Part shown: piece after piece, positions 38,659 to 47,419 of the stretch
How positions within the stretch are numbered: the stretch's first letter is position 1
Layout: each line of letters opens with the position of its first letter
Assembly (NCBI GenBank): GCA_964404795.1
Contig: CAYOLI010000005.1
Span: forward strand, 1 to 57,767
Direction: 5' to 3'
DNA from: an uncultured Candidatus Saccharibacteria bacterium
Lineage (GTDB): Bacteria > Patescibacteriota > Saccharimonadia > Saccharimonadales > 2-12-FULL-41-12
DNA length: 57,767 nucleotides
Position numbers and translations under genes: made by a program
The notes under the pieces: model-generated
Seen by the model: the letters and a program-made list of their open reading frames with translations, nothing else
Told to the model about the DNA's origin: nothing
Databases searched by the model: none

Positions 38659-39570
38659 TTACGCTCTGGCTTTCCCAGCACTGCCAAATGCATCAATTTT
38701 CGCCTCCACGACACCTTGCACTGCCTCGATTACCTCGTCCATCAACTTAACTACTGCGTACTCATTTGGATTTTCTTTTAGCACCTTCTCTAAAGTAGTG
38801 CGATAAGCAATACGCATGTCCGAGTTAATGTTTATTTTGCTAACTCCAACCTTAACAGCATCTCTAAAATAATGCAGGGGCGTACCACTACCTCCATGCA
38901 AACTAATATTGCATTCAATCGACGCTCTTATTTTTTTTAGCAATTCTATATCTAAAACTTTTGGTACGGGATAAAGCCCGTGCAAATTGCCTATCGCCAC
39001 CGCGAACGTATCAATGCCGGTCGCATCGACAAAATACTTTGCACCTTCTGGAGTTGTAAACGTTTTTTTGATCTCCTCGTAATCTATTTTTTCACTGTGC
39101 TTATTCGAGCTACCTCCAAAATAGTGTGGCTCGCTCTCTACCAAAGCTCCGGTTAATCTAGCGTAATTTACTACTTCCTGAGTGCGCACAATAATTTCTT
39201 CCTCGCTGGCATCATGGTTCGCTTGCGAGATATCGATGTGAATAAACTCAAACCCAGCTTCAATTCCGGCAATCGCTGACTCCACGCTAGGGCTATGGTC
39301 AAGGTTTATATACATTTCTAATCCTAATTCATTCTTGTAGTTATCAACCATGTCTCTGACATTCTCGAGCCCAAGAGCATCGACTTCCCCCTGGCTTACC
39401 TCTACTAGTACAGGAGAGTCCTTTGCCAATGCAGCTCTAGCAACAGCCCTAAGCGTCTCCTGATTATCAAGATTGAATGCGCCGACAGCAAAACGTTCTT
39501 TACGCGACCGCGCCATCAGCTCCCGAGCCGATGCAGTGTTATGTCGAATTTTTTCTAGTGTTAGCGGCAT
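38659..39570 (-). CDS. fba: class II fructose-bisphosphate aldolase
   Basis: FAVGAFN, LDHS, IHIDIS, AIGNLHG and SLHGGSG motifs are present. A perfect AAGGAG SD lies upstream. Confidence 0.88.
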   Translation of the reverse strand: MPLTLEKIRHNTASARELMARSRKERFAVGAFNLDNQETLRAVARAALAKDSPVLVEVSQGEVDALGLENVRDMVDNYKNELGLEMYINLDHSPSVESAIAGIEAGFEFIHIDISQANHDASEEEIIVRTQEVVNYARLTGALVESEPHYFGGSSNKHSEKIDYEEIKKTFTTPEGAKYFVDATGIDTFAVAIGNLHGLYPVPKVLDIELLKKIRASIECNISLHGGSGTPLHYFRDAVKVGVSKININSDMRIAYRTTLEKVLKENPNEYAVVKLMDEVIEAVQGVVEAKIDAFGSAGKARA

Positions 39571-39578
39571 ATTTCTCC

Positions 39579-40550
39579 TTATTTATTAACCATTTCGTGT
39601 GCAGCTAGTTCAATATGTTTGGCAGTCAGCCCAAAATGTTTTAGTAGTTCAGATGGCTCACCAGACTCACCAAAACGATCTTGCATACCAATACGTTTAA
39701 TCTTTGTTGGCAAGTTCTCCGACAGCAACTCGGCTATAGCCCCTCCTAAACCACCAGCAATCTGTCCCTCTTCCGCAGTTATTACAGCTTTTGTTTTTCT
39801 GACACTGTTTAAAATAGTTACCCCATCGAGTGGCTTGATAGTCGGCACATGCACCACTTCGGCATCAATCCCTTGTTTAAATAGTTTCTCGGCCGCCAAT
39901 AAAGCTTGATAGGTCATGGTGCCAGTTGCAATAATTGAAACGTCGGATCCTTCGGCGTAAACATAGGCCTTACCAATTTTAAATGGGGTGTTTTCTGTTG
40001 TTACTATGGGAGTTGCTTCTCGTGCCAAACGTAAATATGCTGGCCTTTTATCGCCCACTAGAGCCAATGTAGCTTTTTGCGCTTCAACACTATCACAGGG
40101 AGCAATAACTACCATGTTAGGTAAAACTCTCATTAGAGCAATGTCCTCCAGCATTTGGTGCGTTGCGCCGTCTGGCCCAACACTAACTCCAGCATGCGAA
40201 CCAACCACCCTTACTGGTTGATCGTTCAGGCAAATTGTAGTTCTAATCTGTTCCCAGTTACGACCGGGGCTAAAAGCTGCATAGGAACTTACAAATGGGA
40301 TTTTGCCCATAGCAGCTAATCCAGACCCAACGGTAACTAAATTTTGCTCGGCAACTCCAATCTCTATAAACCTATCTGGGAAGGCCTCCTTAAATAACCC
40401 CATCTGAGTACTATCGGTAAGGTCGGCACAAGCCGCAACTACCTGATTATTTAATTCGCCCGCTTCCAGCAAACCCCTTCCAAAACCCTTTCTGATTGGT
40501 TCTAGCACTAGGTCTTTGTCTGAAATATCCGACACTAAGTGATAAATCAC
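39579..40550 (-). CDS. tkt: transketolase, C-terminal (pyrimidine-binding) subunit
   Basis: FIEIGVAEQN and GPDGATHQMLEDIALMR are present. It overlaps the N-terminal subunit gene by 4 nt. Confidence 0.9.
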   Translation of the reverse strand: MIYHLVSDISDKDLVLEPIRKGFGRGLLEAGELNNQVVAACADLTDSTQMGLFKEAFPDRFIEIGVAEQNLVTVGSGLAAMGKIPFVSSYAAFSPGRNWEQIRTTICLNDQPVRVVGSHAGVSVGPDGATHQMLEDIALMRVLPNMVVIAPCDSVEAQKATLALVGDKRPAYLRLAREATPIVTTENTPFKIGKAYVYAEGSDVSIIATGTMTYQALLAAEKLFKQGIDAEVVHVPTIKPLDGVTILNSVRKTKAVITAEEGQIAGGLGGAIAELLSENLPTKIKRIGMQDRFGESGEPSELLKHFGLTAKHIELAAHEMVNK

Positions 40551-41401
40551 TGGTGCTCGCTCCTGATTCTCCCTTTTAGGGTTCTTAGATCGTTTAGTGC
40601 CTCTTTGGCTTGTTGCTTATCTGGCGGTTTTCCGTGCCAAGTAAAATCGTACTCCATAAAGTCAACTCCCTTGCCAGGGATTGTCCGGGCAATAATAACT
40701 ATTGGCTTCTCTACAATTGACCTCGCTAAGGCGCAAGTGTCAATAATCGACTCGATATCATGCCCATCTATTTCAATCACGTGCCAACCGAACGATTCCC
40801 ACTTTCCGACTAAATCTTCTAGCGGCATAACGTCCTCCGTTTGGCCATCGATTTGAATATTGTTACGATCTACAAAAGCTATGATATTACTTAATTTATA
40901 CTTGCCAGCCAACATAGCGGCTTCCCAAATATTACCCTCATTAAGCTCTCCATCACCCATAACTACATAAACACGTCTATGAATATCATCATTCATTCTA
41001 AGCGCCAAGGCCATGCCAGCAGCTTGACTCAAACCACACCCCAACGGACCACTTGTATTCTCTAATCCTGGTAATTTCTTTCTTTCGGGATGGCCTTGCA
41101 ACCTAGAACCAAGTTGGCGTAGTGTCATTAATTCTTCCTTGTCAAAATACCCTGCCTCAGCCATAGCCGCATACCTAACCGGCGTAGTATGGCCATTGCT
41201 CAACAGCAAAATATCTCGTTCTTCCCATTCAGGATTCGTTGGATCATGGTTGAGAACATCAAAATATAAAGCCGTAAAAATATCCGCAAGGCCAAGCGAG
41301 CCAGCACTATGTCCGCTACCAGCACGTTCGAGCATGCGAATTACATCTTGCCGTATATCGTTTGCTTTTAGTTTTAATTCTTCAATGCTTAGTTTCTTCA
41401 T
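40547..41401 (-). CDS. tkt: transketolase, N-terminal (TPP-binding) subunit
   Basis: SGHSAGSLG, LLSNGH, GPLGCGLSQAAG and GDGELNEGNIWEA form the TPP/Mg-binding motif of a split transketolase. Confidence 0.9.
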   Translation of the reverse strand: MKKLSIEELKLKANDIRQDVIRMLERAGSGHSAGSLGLADIFTALYFDVLNHDPTNPEWEERDILLLSNGHTTPVRYAAMAEAGYFDKEELMTLRQLGSRLQGHPERKKLPGLENTSGPLGCGLSQAAGMALALRMNDDIHRRVYVVMGDGELNEGNIWEAAMLAGKYKLSNIIAFVDRNNIQIDGQTEDVMPLEDLVGKWESFGWHVIEIDGHDIESIIDTCALARSIVEKPIVIIARTIPGKGVDFMEYDFTWHGKPPDKQQAKEALNDLRTLKGRIRSEHQ

Positions 41402-42032
41402 AAGAACGCCTTGCTACTACCTCTAGTTTAGCATAAGCTTCTTGCGGATTTTGTGCATTATGAATAAATCCACCTACGTTAATAACGTCTACTCCAGCTC
41501 TAGCAATCGTAGCAACATTTTCGGAGTTAACACCACCATCCCAGCCAATCTCGGCGCTCGGATGACGACTCTTTACCTGCTCGACTCTATCAACCAAACT
41601 CAAGTCCACCTGACTTCCTCCTTGGTAACCTAAATTTCCACTAAATATCATGACGTGGTCAAAACTGGTTATAATCCCAGCAACCTGGTCTAGCGAGGTT
41701 TGAGGTAAAATGGCCAAACCTACCTTGATGTTTTCTGAATGCAATAAAGAGACAAAATGCAAATGATCAATACGGGACTCACTGTGAATGATTACTAAAT
41801 CGGGGTGCAATTTTTTTATAATTTCTAGCTCTTTAAATGGATCCATATACATTAGATGTAAGTCCGATATAACATTATTCGGCAGCCATATATCCTCAAT
41901 ATTGGGTGATGTTCGAGGAGCAAATACACCATCCATTAGGTCAATATGTATCCTTCCCGCAAGCGATTTTGCCAGCTCTAGTTGTGAGCGATAATCATCA
42001 AGATTATCAACAGTAATTGTGGGGCAAATCAT
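41382..42032 (-). CDS. rpe: ribulose-phosphate 3-epimerase (divergent)
   Basis: It shows a TIM-barrel pattern (HIDLMDG.F, DLHLM, VIIHSE, GGS/DGG..N) in a PPP operon context. The sequence is divergent, so an allulose/hexulose-phosphate epimerase or isomerase remains possible. Confidence 0.7.
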   Translation of the reverse strand: MICPTITVDNLDDYRSQLELAKSLAGRIHIDLMDGVFAPRTSPNIEDIWLPNNVISDLHLMYMDPFKELEIIKKLHPDLVIIHSESRIDHLHFVSLLHSENIKVGLAILPQTSLDQVAGIITSFDHVMIFSGNLGYQGGSQVDLSLVDRVEQVKSRHPSAEIGWDGGVNSENVATIARAGVDVINVGGFIHNAQNPQEAYAKLEVVARRSYEETKH

Positions 42033-42472
42033 AGCTCGTCAATTTGCTTTAATCGCCTGATATAACGTGGTGCTGCCAAAAACTCTGTCTCTAGCCAAGC
42101 TATAGTAATTGCGTTCATCTCTCTCTCTGCTAGATGTCTGGCGGGCAAGCAGAGTACGTTCGCGTTGTCCTCTTGTCTAGATTCAATAGCAGCTTTTTTA
42201 CTAAATGCCAAAATTGCAAAGATTCCCTTGTAGCGATTAGCAGCAATAGCCATTCCTTGACCACTGCCACAAAGTAATATTCCTCTTGCGTCTTTATCAG
42301 AAGATGCTTTAACCGCCGCCGCAACTCTGCCTGCAAACTGAGGGAAGTCATCATCTGGGTCTAAGTGATTATCTCCTTCGTCTTCAACGTCATAATTATT
42401 TTCCTTAAGAAACCTTACCAACGATTGCTTCAATCGAAATCCATTATGGTCTGCCCCGATGTATATTTTCAT
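42029..42472 (-). CDS. rpiB: ribose-5-phosphate isomerase B
   Basis: MKIYIGADHNGF and GILLCGSGQGMAIAANR are RpiB/LacAB signatures. Confidence 0.88.
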   Translation of the reverse strand: MKIYIGADHNGFRLKQSLVRFLKENNYDVEDEGDNHLDPDDDFPQFAGRVAAAVKASSDKDARGILLCGSGQGMAIAANRYKGIFAILAFSKKAAIESRQEDNANVLCLPARHLAEREMNAITIAWLETEFLAAPRYIRRLKQIDEL

Positions 42473-42479
42473 TACTTAT

Positions 42480-43490
42480 CTACTTTATAGTTTTACCAAC
42501 ATCAGCTACCAACTCTACCAAGCGATTACTGTATCCCCATTCGTTGTCATACCAAACTACGACTTTTGCCAACGTCCCACCAACAACATTTGTAAGCAAT
42601 AGATCGACAATGCCGGAATGACTGTTACCAACAAAGTCCTTACTAACCAGTGGCTCATCTGTAACATCTAAGATTCCTTGATAGTACGGCTCTTTAACGG
42701 CCTTTTTAAAGACTTCATTAATTTCTTCTTTGGTAGTGGGCTTGGCTAAACTTAAGGTAACGTCACTAATACTAACTACCGGACTTGGTACACGTATACT
42801 CAACCCGTCAAACTTTCCTGTAAGTTCAGGGAGCGCCTTGGTAACAGCAATAGCTGCTCCTGTGGTTGTCGGCACAATATTTTCGGCAGCTGCTCTTGCT
42901 TCACGATAATCTTTTGCGGGTGCATCTTGCAAAGCTTGCGATGCAGTATAGCTATGAACAGTTGTGAGCATTGCATTCTTAACACCAAAAGCTTCGTTCA
43001 TAATTGCCATCACAGAGGCAACCGAATTCGTAGTGCAACTCGCGTTACTAACAATATCTGTCGAGCGCTCCAGCTTTTCATCGTTAGCCCCAATCACCAA
43101 AGTGTCGATATCGGCGCTCTTCGTGGGGGCAGAAATAACAACTTTTTTTGCACCAGCTTTCAGGTGCATACCCGCATCTTCTTTCTTAGTAAACCTGCCT
43201 GTCGATTCAATAACAACATCTACGCTTAGTTCTTTCCATGGTAATTTAGTAGGATCTTTTTGCGCGGTTACAGGAATTGCTATGTCATCAACAATAATAT
43301 GTGTATCATCCGACGAAACTTTGTGTGCATAAGTCCCATAGTTAGTATCGTGCTTTAACAGATAAGCCAGTGTAGCTGTGTCTGTCAAATCATTAATAGC
43401 GACGACTTCGAGATCTGGTCTGTCGTGAGCAATCTTAAAAGTATTGCGGCCAATCCTGCCAAAACCGTTAATCGCCACCCTAGTTTTCAT
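42480..43490 (-). CDS. gap: type I glyceraldehyde-3-phosphate dehydrogenase
   Basis: INGFGRIGR, the active site SNASCTTNS and WYDNEWGYSN are present. A GAGGGG SD lies upstream. Confidence 0.93.
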   Translation of the reverse strand: MKTRVAINGFGRIGRNTFKIAHDRPDLEVVAINDLTDTATLAYLLKHDTNYGTYAHKVSSDDTHIIVDDIAIPVTAQKDPTKLPWKELSVDVVIESTGRFTKKEDAGMHLKAGAKKVVISAPTKSADIDTLVIGANDEKLERSTDIVSNASCTTNSVASVMAIMNEAFGVKNAMLTTVHSYTASQALQDAPAKDYREARAAAENIVPTTTGAAIAVTKALPELTGKFDGLSIRVPSPVVSISDVTLSLAKPTTKEEINEVFKKAVKEPYYQGILDVTDEPLVSKDFVGNSHSGIVDLLLTNVVGGTLAKVVVWYDNEWGYSNRLVELVADVGKTIK

Positions 43491-43564
43491 GTTCCATTAC
43501 CCCTCAATTTATTTCTTATGCTTTATACATTAGTATGCCAATAAAACCTACTCGATTCAATACA

Positions 43565-44092
43565 CTAGCCGTGGTAGCGTTTTATCGATTCCTCAATAAC
43601 TTGCTTGGCCTCTAAAGCATCTCCCCAGCCCACGACCTTGGTTGACCCAGGTTTTTTAAGATCTTTGTAGTGCATAAAATGATGCTCAATTTTTTTCTTC
43701 CAACGCTCTTGCAGATCACTAAGTGATTTTATTGCATTATCAGTATTTCTATCATCTGCAGGAACCACCACTATCTTGTCGTCAACCTCTCCATCGTCAA
43801 CAAATTTCAAAACCGCAACTACATTCGCTTTCAAATAGACGCCTGTTGGGATAGGGTCATTTGTAATTATTAGGGTGTCTAGCTCGTCACCATCTTCGTC
43901 GAGTGTTTGGGGAATAAACCCATAGTTTACCGGTTTTGCAAAAATACTCGGCTCTACTCTGTCTAGCTCGAAAACTGCCAAATCTCTGTTCCACTCTATT
44001 TTAAGAGTTGACCATTTAGGTATTTCCACAACAGTATTTATAATACCGCCCTCAACATCGCCTGCGTCTAATATTTTGTTAAAATCTGCCAC
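43565..44092 (-). CDS. ppa: inorganic pyrophosphatase (family I)
   Basis: The pattern EIPK.S..KIE, YGFIPQT.DEDGDELD..I and DDKIV matches family I. The start is GTG, preceded by an AAGGAG SD. Confidence 0.88.
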   Translation of the reverse strand: MADFNKILDAGDVEGGIINTVVEIPKWSTLKIEWNRDLAVFELDRVEPSIFAKPVNYGFIPQTLDEDGDELDTLIITNDPIPTGVYLKANVVAVLKFVDDGEVDDKIVVVPADDRNTDNAIKSLSDLQERWKKKIEHHFMHYKDLKKPGSTKVVGWGDALEAKQVIEESIKRYHG

Positions 44093-44138
44093 ATGAACTC
44101 CTTAGATTATTATTAAACTATATCTTATAATGTAGCAT

Positions 44139-44810
44139 ATGTTTGTAATTGCACATCGTGGAGGCGCTGGACTCGCTCCTGAGAATACACTAAAAGCACT
44201 TACTACTGGAATTGCTAGTGGCGCTGATGCACTGGAGTGCGATGTTCGTATTACCAAAGATAAAAAAATAATCCTTTGCCACGACGATACTCTGCTTAGA
44301 ATTGCTGGCAAAAATAAGAAAATATCCGATTTAACGCTTAAAGAAATATGTTTAACACCTACCAACAGCGGAGCACCAATTCCAACTCTATCCGAGGCGT
44401 TGGATACGGCAAAAAACATTCCCTTAGTTATAGAGGCAAAAGGCAACAACTGGGCGAAACTACTAGCCGATGAGTTAAAAAAACATACTGGACCCAAACC
44501 AATGGTAATTTCAACCAACCACCCTGAACTTTTTAATTTCAGACAAAAAATCGACGACATCGAAACTTATGCAATCAACGATAATGCGCCATTTAACGCT
44601 ATCCATAATGCCAAACTTTTAGGATTAAGCGGAATAAGTACTGGTTTTTCACACTACAACCCCTTTCTGTACAAGTATGCCAAGTACAAAAATTTAAAAA
44701 TGATTACCTCTCCAATCAATCGGCCCCTGTTTGTCAGGTTTTTTCATTTCCTCTATCCAAAAATTATGATAACTACCGATTATCCTGATAAGTTAGCAAA
44801 ATACAAATAA
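44139..44810 (+). CDS. glycerophosphodiester phosphodiesterase family protein
   Basis: The VIAHRGGAGLAPENT and ECDVRITKD motifs match the GDPD family. Confidence 0.8.
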   Translation: MFVIAHRGGAGLAPENTLKALTTGIASGADALECDVRITKDKKIILCHDDTLLRIAGKNKKISDLTLKEICLTPTNSGAPIPTLSEALDTAKNIPLVIEAKGNNWAKLLADELKKHTGPKPMVISTNHPELFNFRQKIDDIETYAINDNAPFNAIHNAKLLGLSGISTGFSHYNPFLYKYAKYKNLKMITSPINRPLFVRFFHFLYPKIMITTDYPDKLAKYK

Positions 44811-45487
44811 TGCTCACAGCTACTTTCGTTCGAAAAGATCAGATTACATCAAGTGTTGCTTCATTTTGGTTTAAACCCAACAGGCAGCTTAGATTTATTG
44901 CTGGTCAATTTATACAAATCACGCTCCCTCACACTTCACCAGACGACAGAGGCAACAAACGTTGGTTCACAATCTCTAGCTCCCCTTTTAACGAGCTAAT
45001 TTCTATCACTACTCGTAGTAAGCCCTCGTACAGTACCTTCAAACAAGCCCTTTGTGGGCTAGAGTCCAGCACACAGGTAACCTTGTCCCAGCCCATAGGC
45101 GACTTCGTGTTACCTAAAAATAAAGATACTCCACTTGTTTTTGTTGCGATTGGCATTGGTGGAACACCTTTTCATAGCATCTTAAAGTACTTACAAGATA
45201 TAAAAGAAGTTCGAGATATCAAATTGATCTACCTAAGCAAGCCATCTGACCATAACATTTTTGACGATGCTTTTAGCACACTTAAAGAAAATCTAATAGT
45301 AGTGACCAAAAACACGCAAAATACTGCTAACCTAACTGATATAGTCATAAACTCCACTTCTGATGCGCCACAAAGTCAAATATACCTTTCAGGGCCCGAA
45401 AGACACGTTAAAGACCTAGGGGCCCGCCTAATCAAGCAAGCAATATCTTCAAGCCGTATTAGAACCGACTACTTCTTGGGATACTAA
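44810..45487 (+). CDS. FNR-like FAD/NAD(P)-binding oxidoreductase
   Basis: RWFTISSSP (an RxYS-type FAD motif) and FVAIGIGGTPF (nucleotide-binding) are present. Its start overlaps the GDPD stop (TAATG). Confidence 0.65.
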   Translation: MLTATFVRKDQITSSVASFWFKPNRQLRFIAGQFIQITLPHTSPDDRGNKRWFTISSSPFNELISITTRSKPSYSTFKQALCGLESSTQVTLSQPIGDFVLPKNKDTPLVFVAIGIGGTPFHSILKYLQDIKEVRDIKLIYLSKPSDHNIFDDAFSTLKENLIVVTKNTQNTANLTDIVINSTSDAPQSQIYLSGPERHVKDLGARLIKQAISSSRIRTDYFLGY

Positions 45488-45491
45488 AGGT

Positions 45492-46436
45492 CTAGTTACG
45501 ATCTAGCTCCTCTAGGTATTTACGAATCTCTAGGGCAGCGGTTGCACCCTCTCCAGCGGCACTCGCAATCTGCATTGTAGCCCCACTTCTAACATCGCCC
45601 GCTGCAAATACTCCTGGAATATCAGTTTGCAAATGTGTATCGGTTATAATCAAACCAAGCTCATCCATCTTCACACCACTATCTTTTAAAAACCCAGTGT
45701 TTGGTTTTAAGCCGATAAAAATGAAAACCCCGTCTACGTCAAAGACCACACTTTCTTTTCCATCTTTAGTCCCTCGAACGCCCACTACCTTACCTTCTCT
45801 AGAAAGTATTTCATCGGTTGTAGTGTTGTAATGTATGGTGATCTTTTCTTGGTATTTCTTGATATCCTTTTGTAAAATCTCCGAAGCGCGCATCTTGTCG
45901 CTCCTAATTAATAAATCGATATGACTAGCAAACCGAGTCAAAAATATTGCCTCCTGAATGGCCGAATTGCCACCACCGACAACTACCAAGCGCTTGTTTC
46001 GATAAAAGGCACCGTCGCAAGTTGCACAAAAATGAACACCACGACCGTAGTACTCCTCTTCACCAGGTATACCTAATCTTTTATAGTCGCTTCCAGTTGC
46101 AATTAGCACCGCCTTAGCACTAATTTTTCCATCCGTAGTATCCAAAATCACCCGATTATCACTCTTATTCAGAGACAGGACTTCACCCAGTTCTATCTTG
46201 GCCCCAAATCGTTCGGCCTGTTCTTGCAAATTCTGAGCCAAGTCCAATCCAGCAATGCCCTTTGGAAATCCAGGATAATTATCGACCAAGTCGGTAATTG
46301 CAGCTAGGCCCCCTATTACCCCTTTTTCATACAATACGGTGTCGATATCTTCACGCGTAGTATAAATAGCAGCCGTCAGAGCAGTGGGCCCCGCGCCAAT
46401 AGTTACTACTGTGTGCTCTTTTTGTATTTCTTCCAT
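45492..46436 (-). CDS. trxB: thioredoxin-disulfide reductase
   Basis: It has GAGPTALTAA, the redox centre CATCDG, GGGNSAIQEA and GDV. Confidence 0.92.
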   Translation of the reverse strand: MEEIQKEHTVVTIGAGPTALTAAIYTTREDIDTVLYEKGVIGGLAAITDLVDNYPGFPKGIAGLDLAQNLQEQAERFGAKIELGEVLSLNKSDNRVILDTTDGKISAKAVLIATGSDYKRLGIPGEEEYYGRGVHFCATCDGAFYRNKRLVVVGGGNSAIQEAIFLTRFASHIDLLIRSDKMRASEILQKDIKKYQEKITIHYNTTTDEILSREGKVVGVRGTKDGKESVVFDVDGVFIFIGLKPNTGFLKDSGVKMDELGLIITDTHLQTDIPGVFAAGDVRSGATMQIASAAGEGATAALEIRKYLEELDRN

Positions 46437-46448
46437 TTTTAGAATTTT

Positions 46449-46697
46449 TTAAGCAACTGCTGGAGCTAACTTTGCCAAATTATAACCAACAATAACTTCC
46501 TTAGTATCGTCCTCTTTGGTTACGACGGTAACAGGTACTGCTAACTGACCACTCAGTTCAAATGCTTCTTTTTGACGTTCTGGGTTAACATCTAAGTTGA
46601 CCTCATCATAAGCAATATTTTTGCTTGATAGCCACTTTTTGACCATTACGCAGTATGCGCACGTATTAGTAGTAAAAACCGTAACATTCTTTGCCAT
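46449..46697 (-). CDS. glutaredoxin/NrdH-like small redoxin
   Basis: VTVFTTNTCAYCVMVKKWL contains a CxxC motif. The protein is 82 aa and is encoded immediately upstream of trxB. Confidence 0.8.
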   Translation of the reverse strand: MAKNVTVFTTNTCAYCVMVKKWLSSKNIAYDEVNLDVNPERQKEAFELSGQLAVPVTVVTKEDDTKEVIVGYNLAKLAPAVA

Positions 46698-46782
46698 AAT
46701 ATTCCTTTATTTTTTAGTAACTTTACTTTGTATACCCATTATATATAGCGCTTAACTTTATTTCAATACCCTATATGTTGTG

Positions 46783-47343
46783 TTATTGACCTATTTTTAC
46801 GATTTCGATGTCGAATACCAAGTCCGCGTTGGCTGGGATCCCTGAGCCAGCTGGTGGGTTAGCCCCGTACGCCAAATTGGCCGGTATTAACAATCTTCGT
46901 TTTCCGCCTACTTTCATGCCAGGAACACCTTCGGTCCATCCTTTGATAACCTGGTTCAAGCTAAAAGGTACTGGCGATCCACTGTCGTGAGAACTCTGGA
47001 AAATTATTCCCGTTGATGCAACTGCCCCAGTGTAGTGAGCGGTAACAGTATCTCCTGGCTTAACCTCTTCGCCAGTACCAACTTGGGTATCTTCCTTTTG
47101 TAACGAGTCGATCTTCGCAATCGGCGTAAAGTTTCCTAATTTTGTTCCTTCCAATTTTCCCTCCTTATTAGTTTGATTTAGCTGATCCTGAAGTTGTTTT
47201 TGAATTTCGGCGTTTTGATCGGTCTTTTTCGATCTAGTCATCTCCCAGATTACCAAACCGGTAAATCCAAGCGAAGACAACAAAAAGGCAATCACAATCA
47301 CCAAAATAAAAACTCGTTGAGAATTTTCTGCTAATTTACTCAT
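46783..47343 (-). CDS. membrane-anchored FKBP-type peptidyl-prolyl isomerase
   Basis: An N-terminal TM helix is followed by an FKBP domain (GDTVTAHYTG..FQSS..PFSLNQVIKGW..GM.VGGKRRLLIP..AYG). A GAGGG SD lies upstream. Confidence 0.88.
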   Translation of the reverse strand: MSKLAENSQRVFILVIVIAFLLSSLGFTGLVIWEMTRSKKTDQNAEIQKQLQDQLNQTNKEGKLEGTKLGNFTPIAKIDSLQKEDTQVGTGEEVKPGDTVTAHYTGAVASTGIIFQSSHDSGSPVPFSLNQVIKGWTEGVPGMKVGGKRRLLIPANLAYGANPPAGSGIPANADLVFDIEIVKIGQ

Positions 47344-47419
47344 TTATCCCTCTTTTTATCAAAGTATAGTATATCCTAAATCCATAAATCACTACCAACT
47401 TTTTGCAAGAAACAATCAA

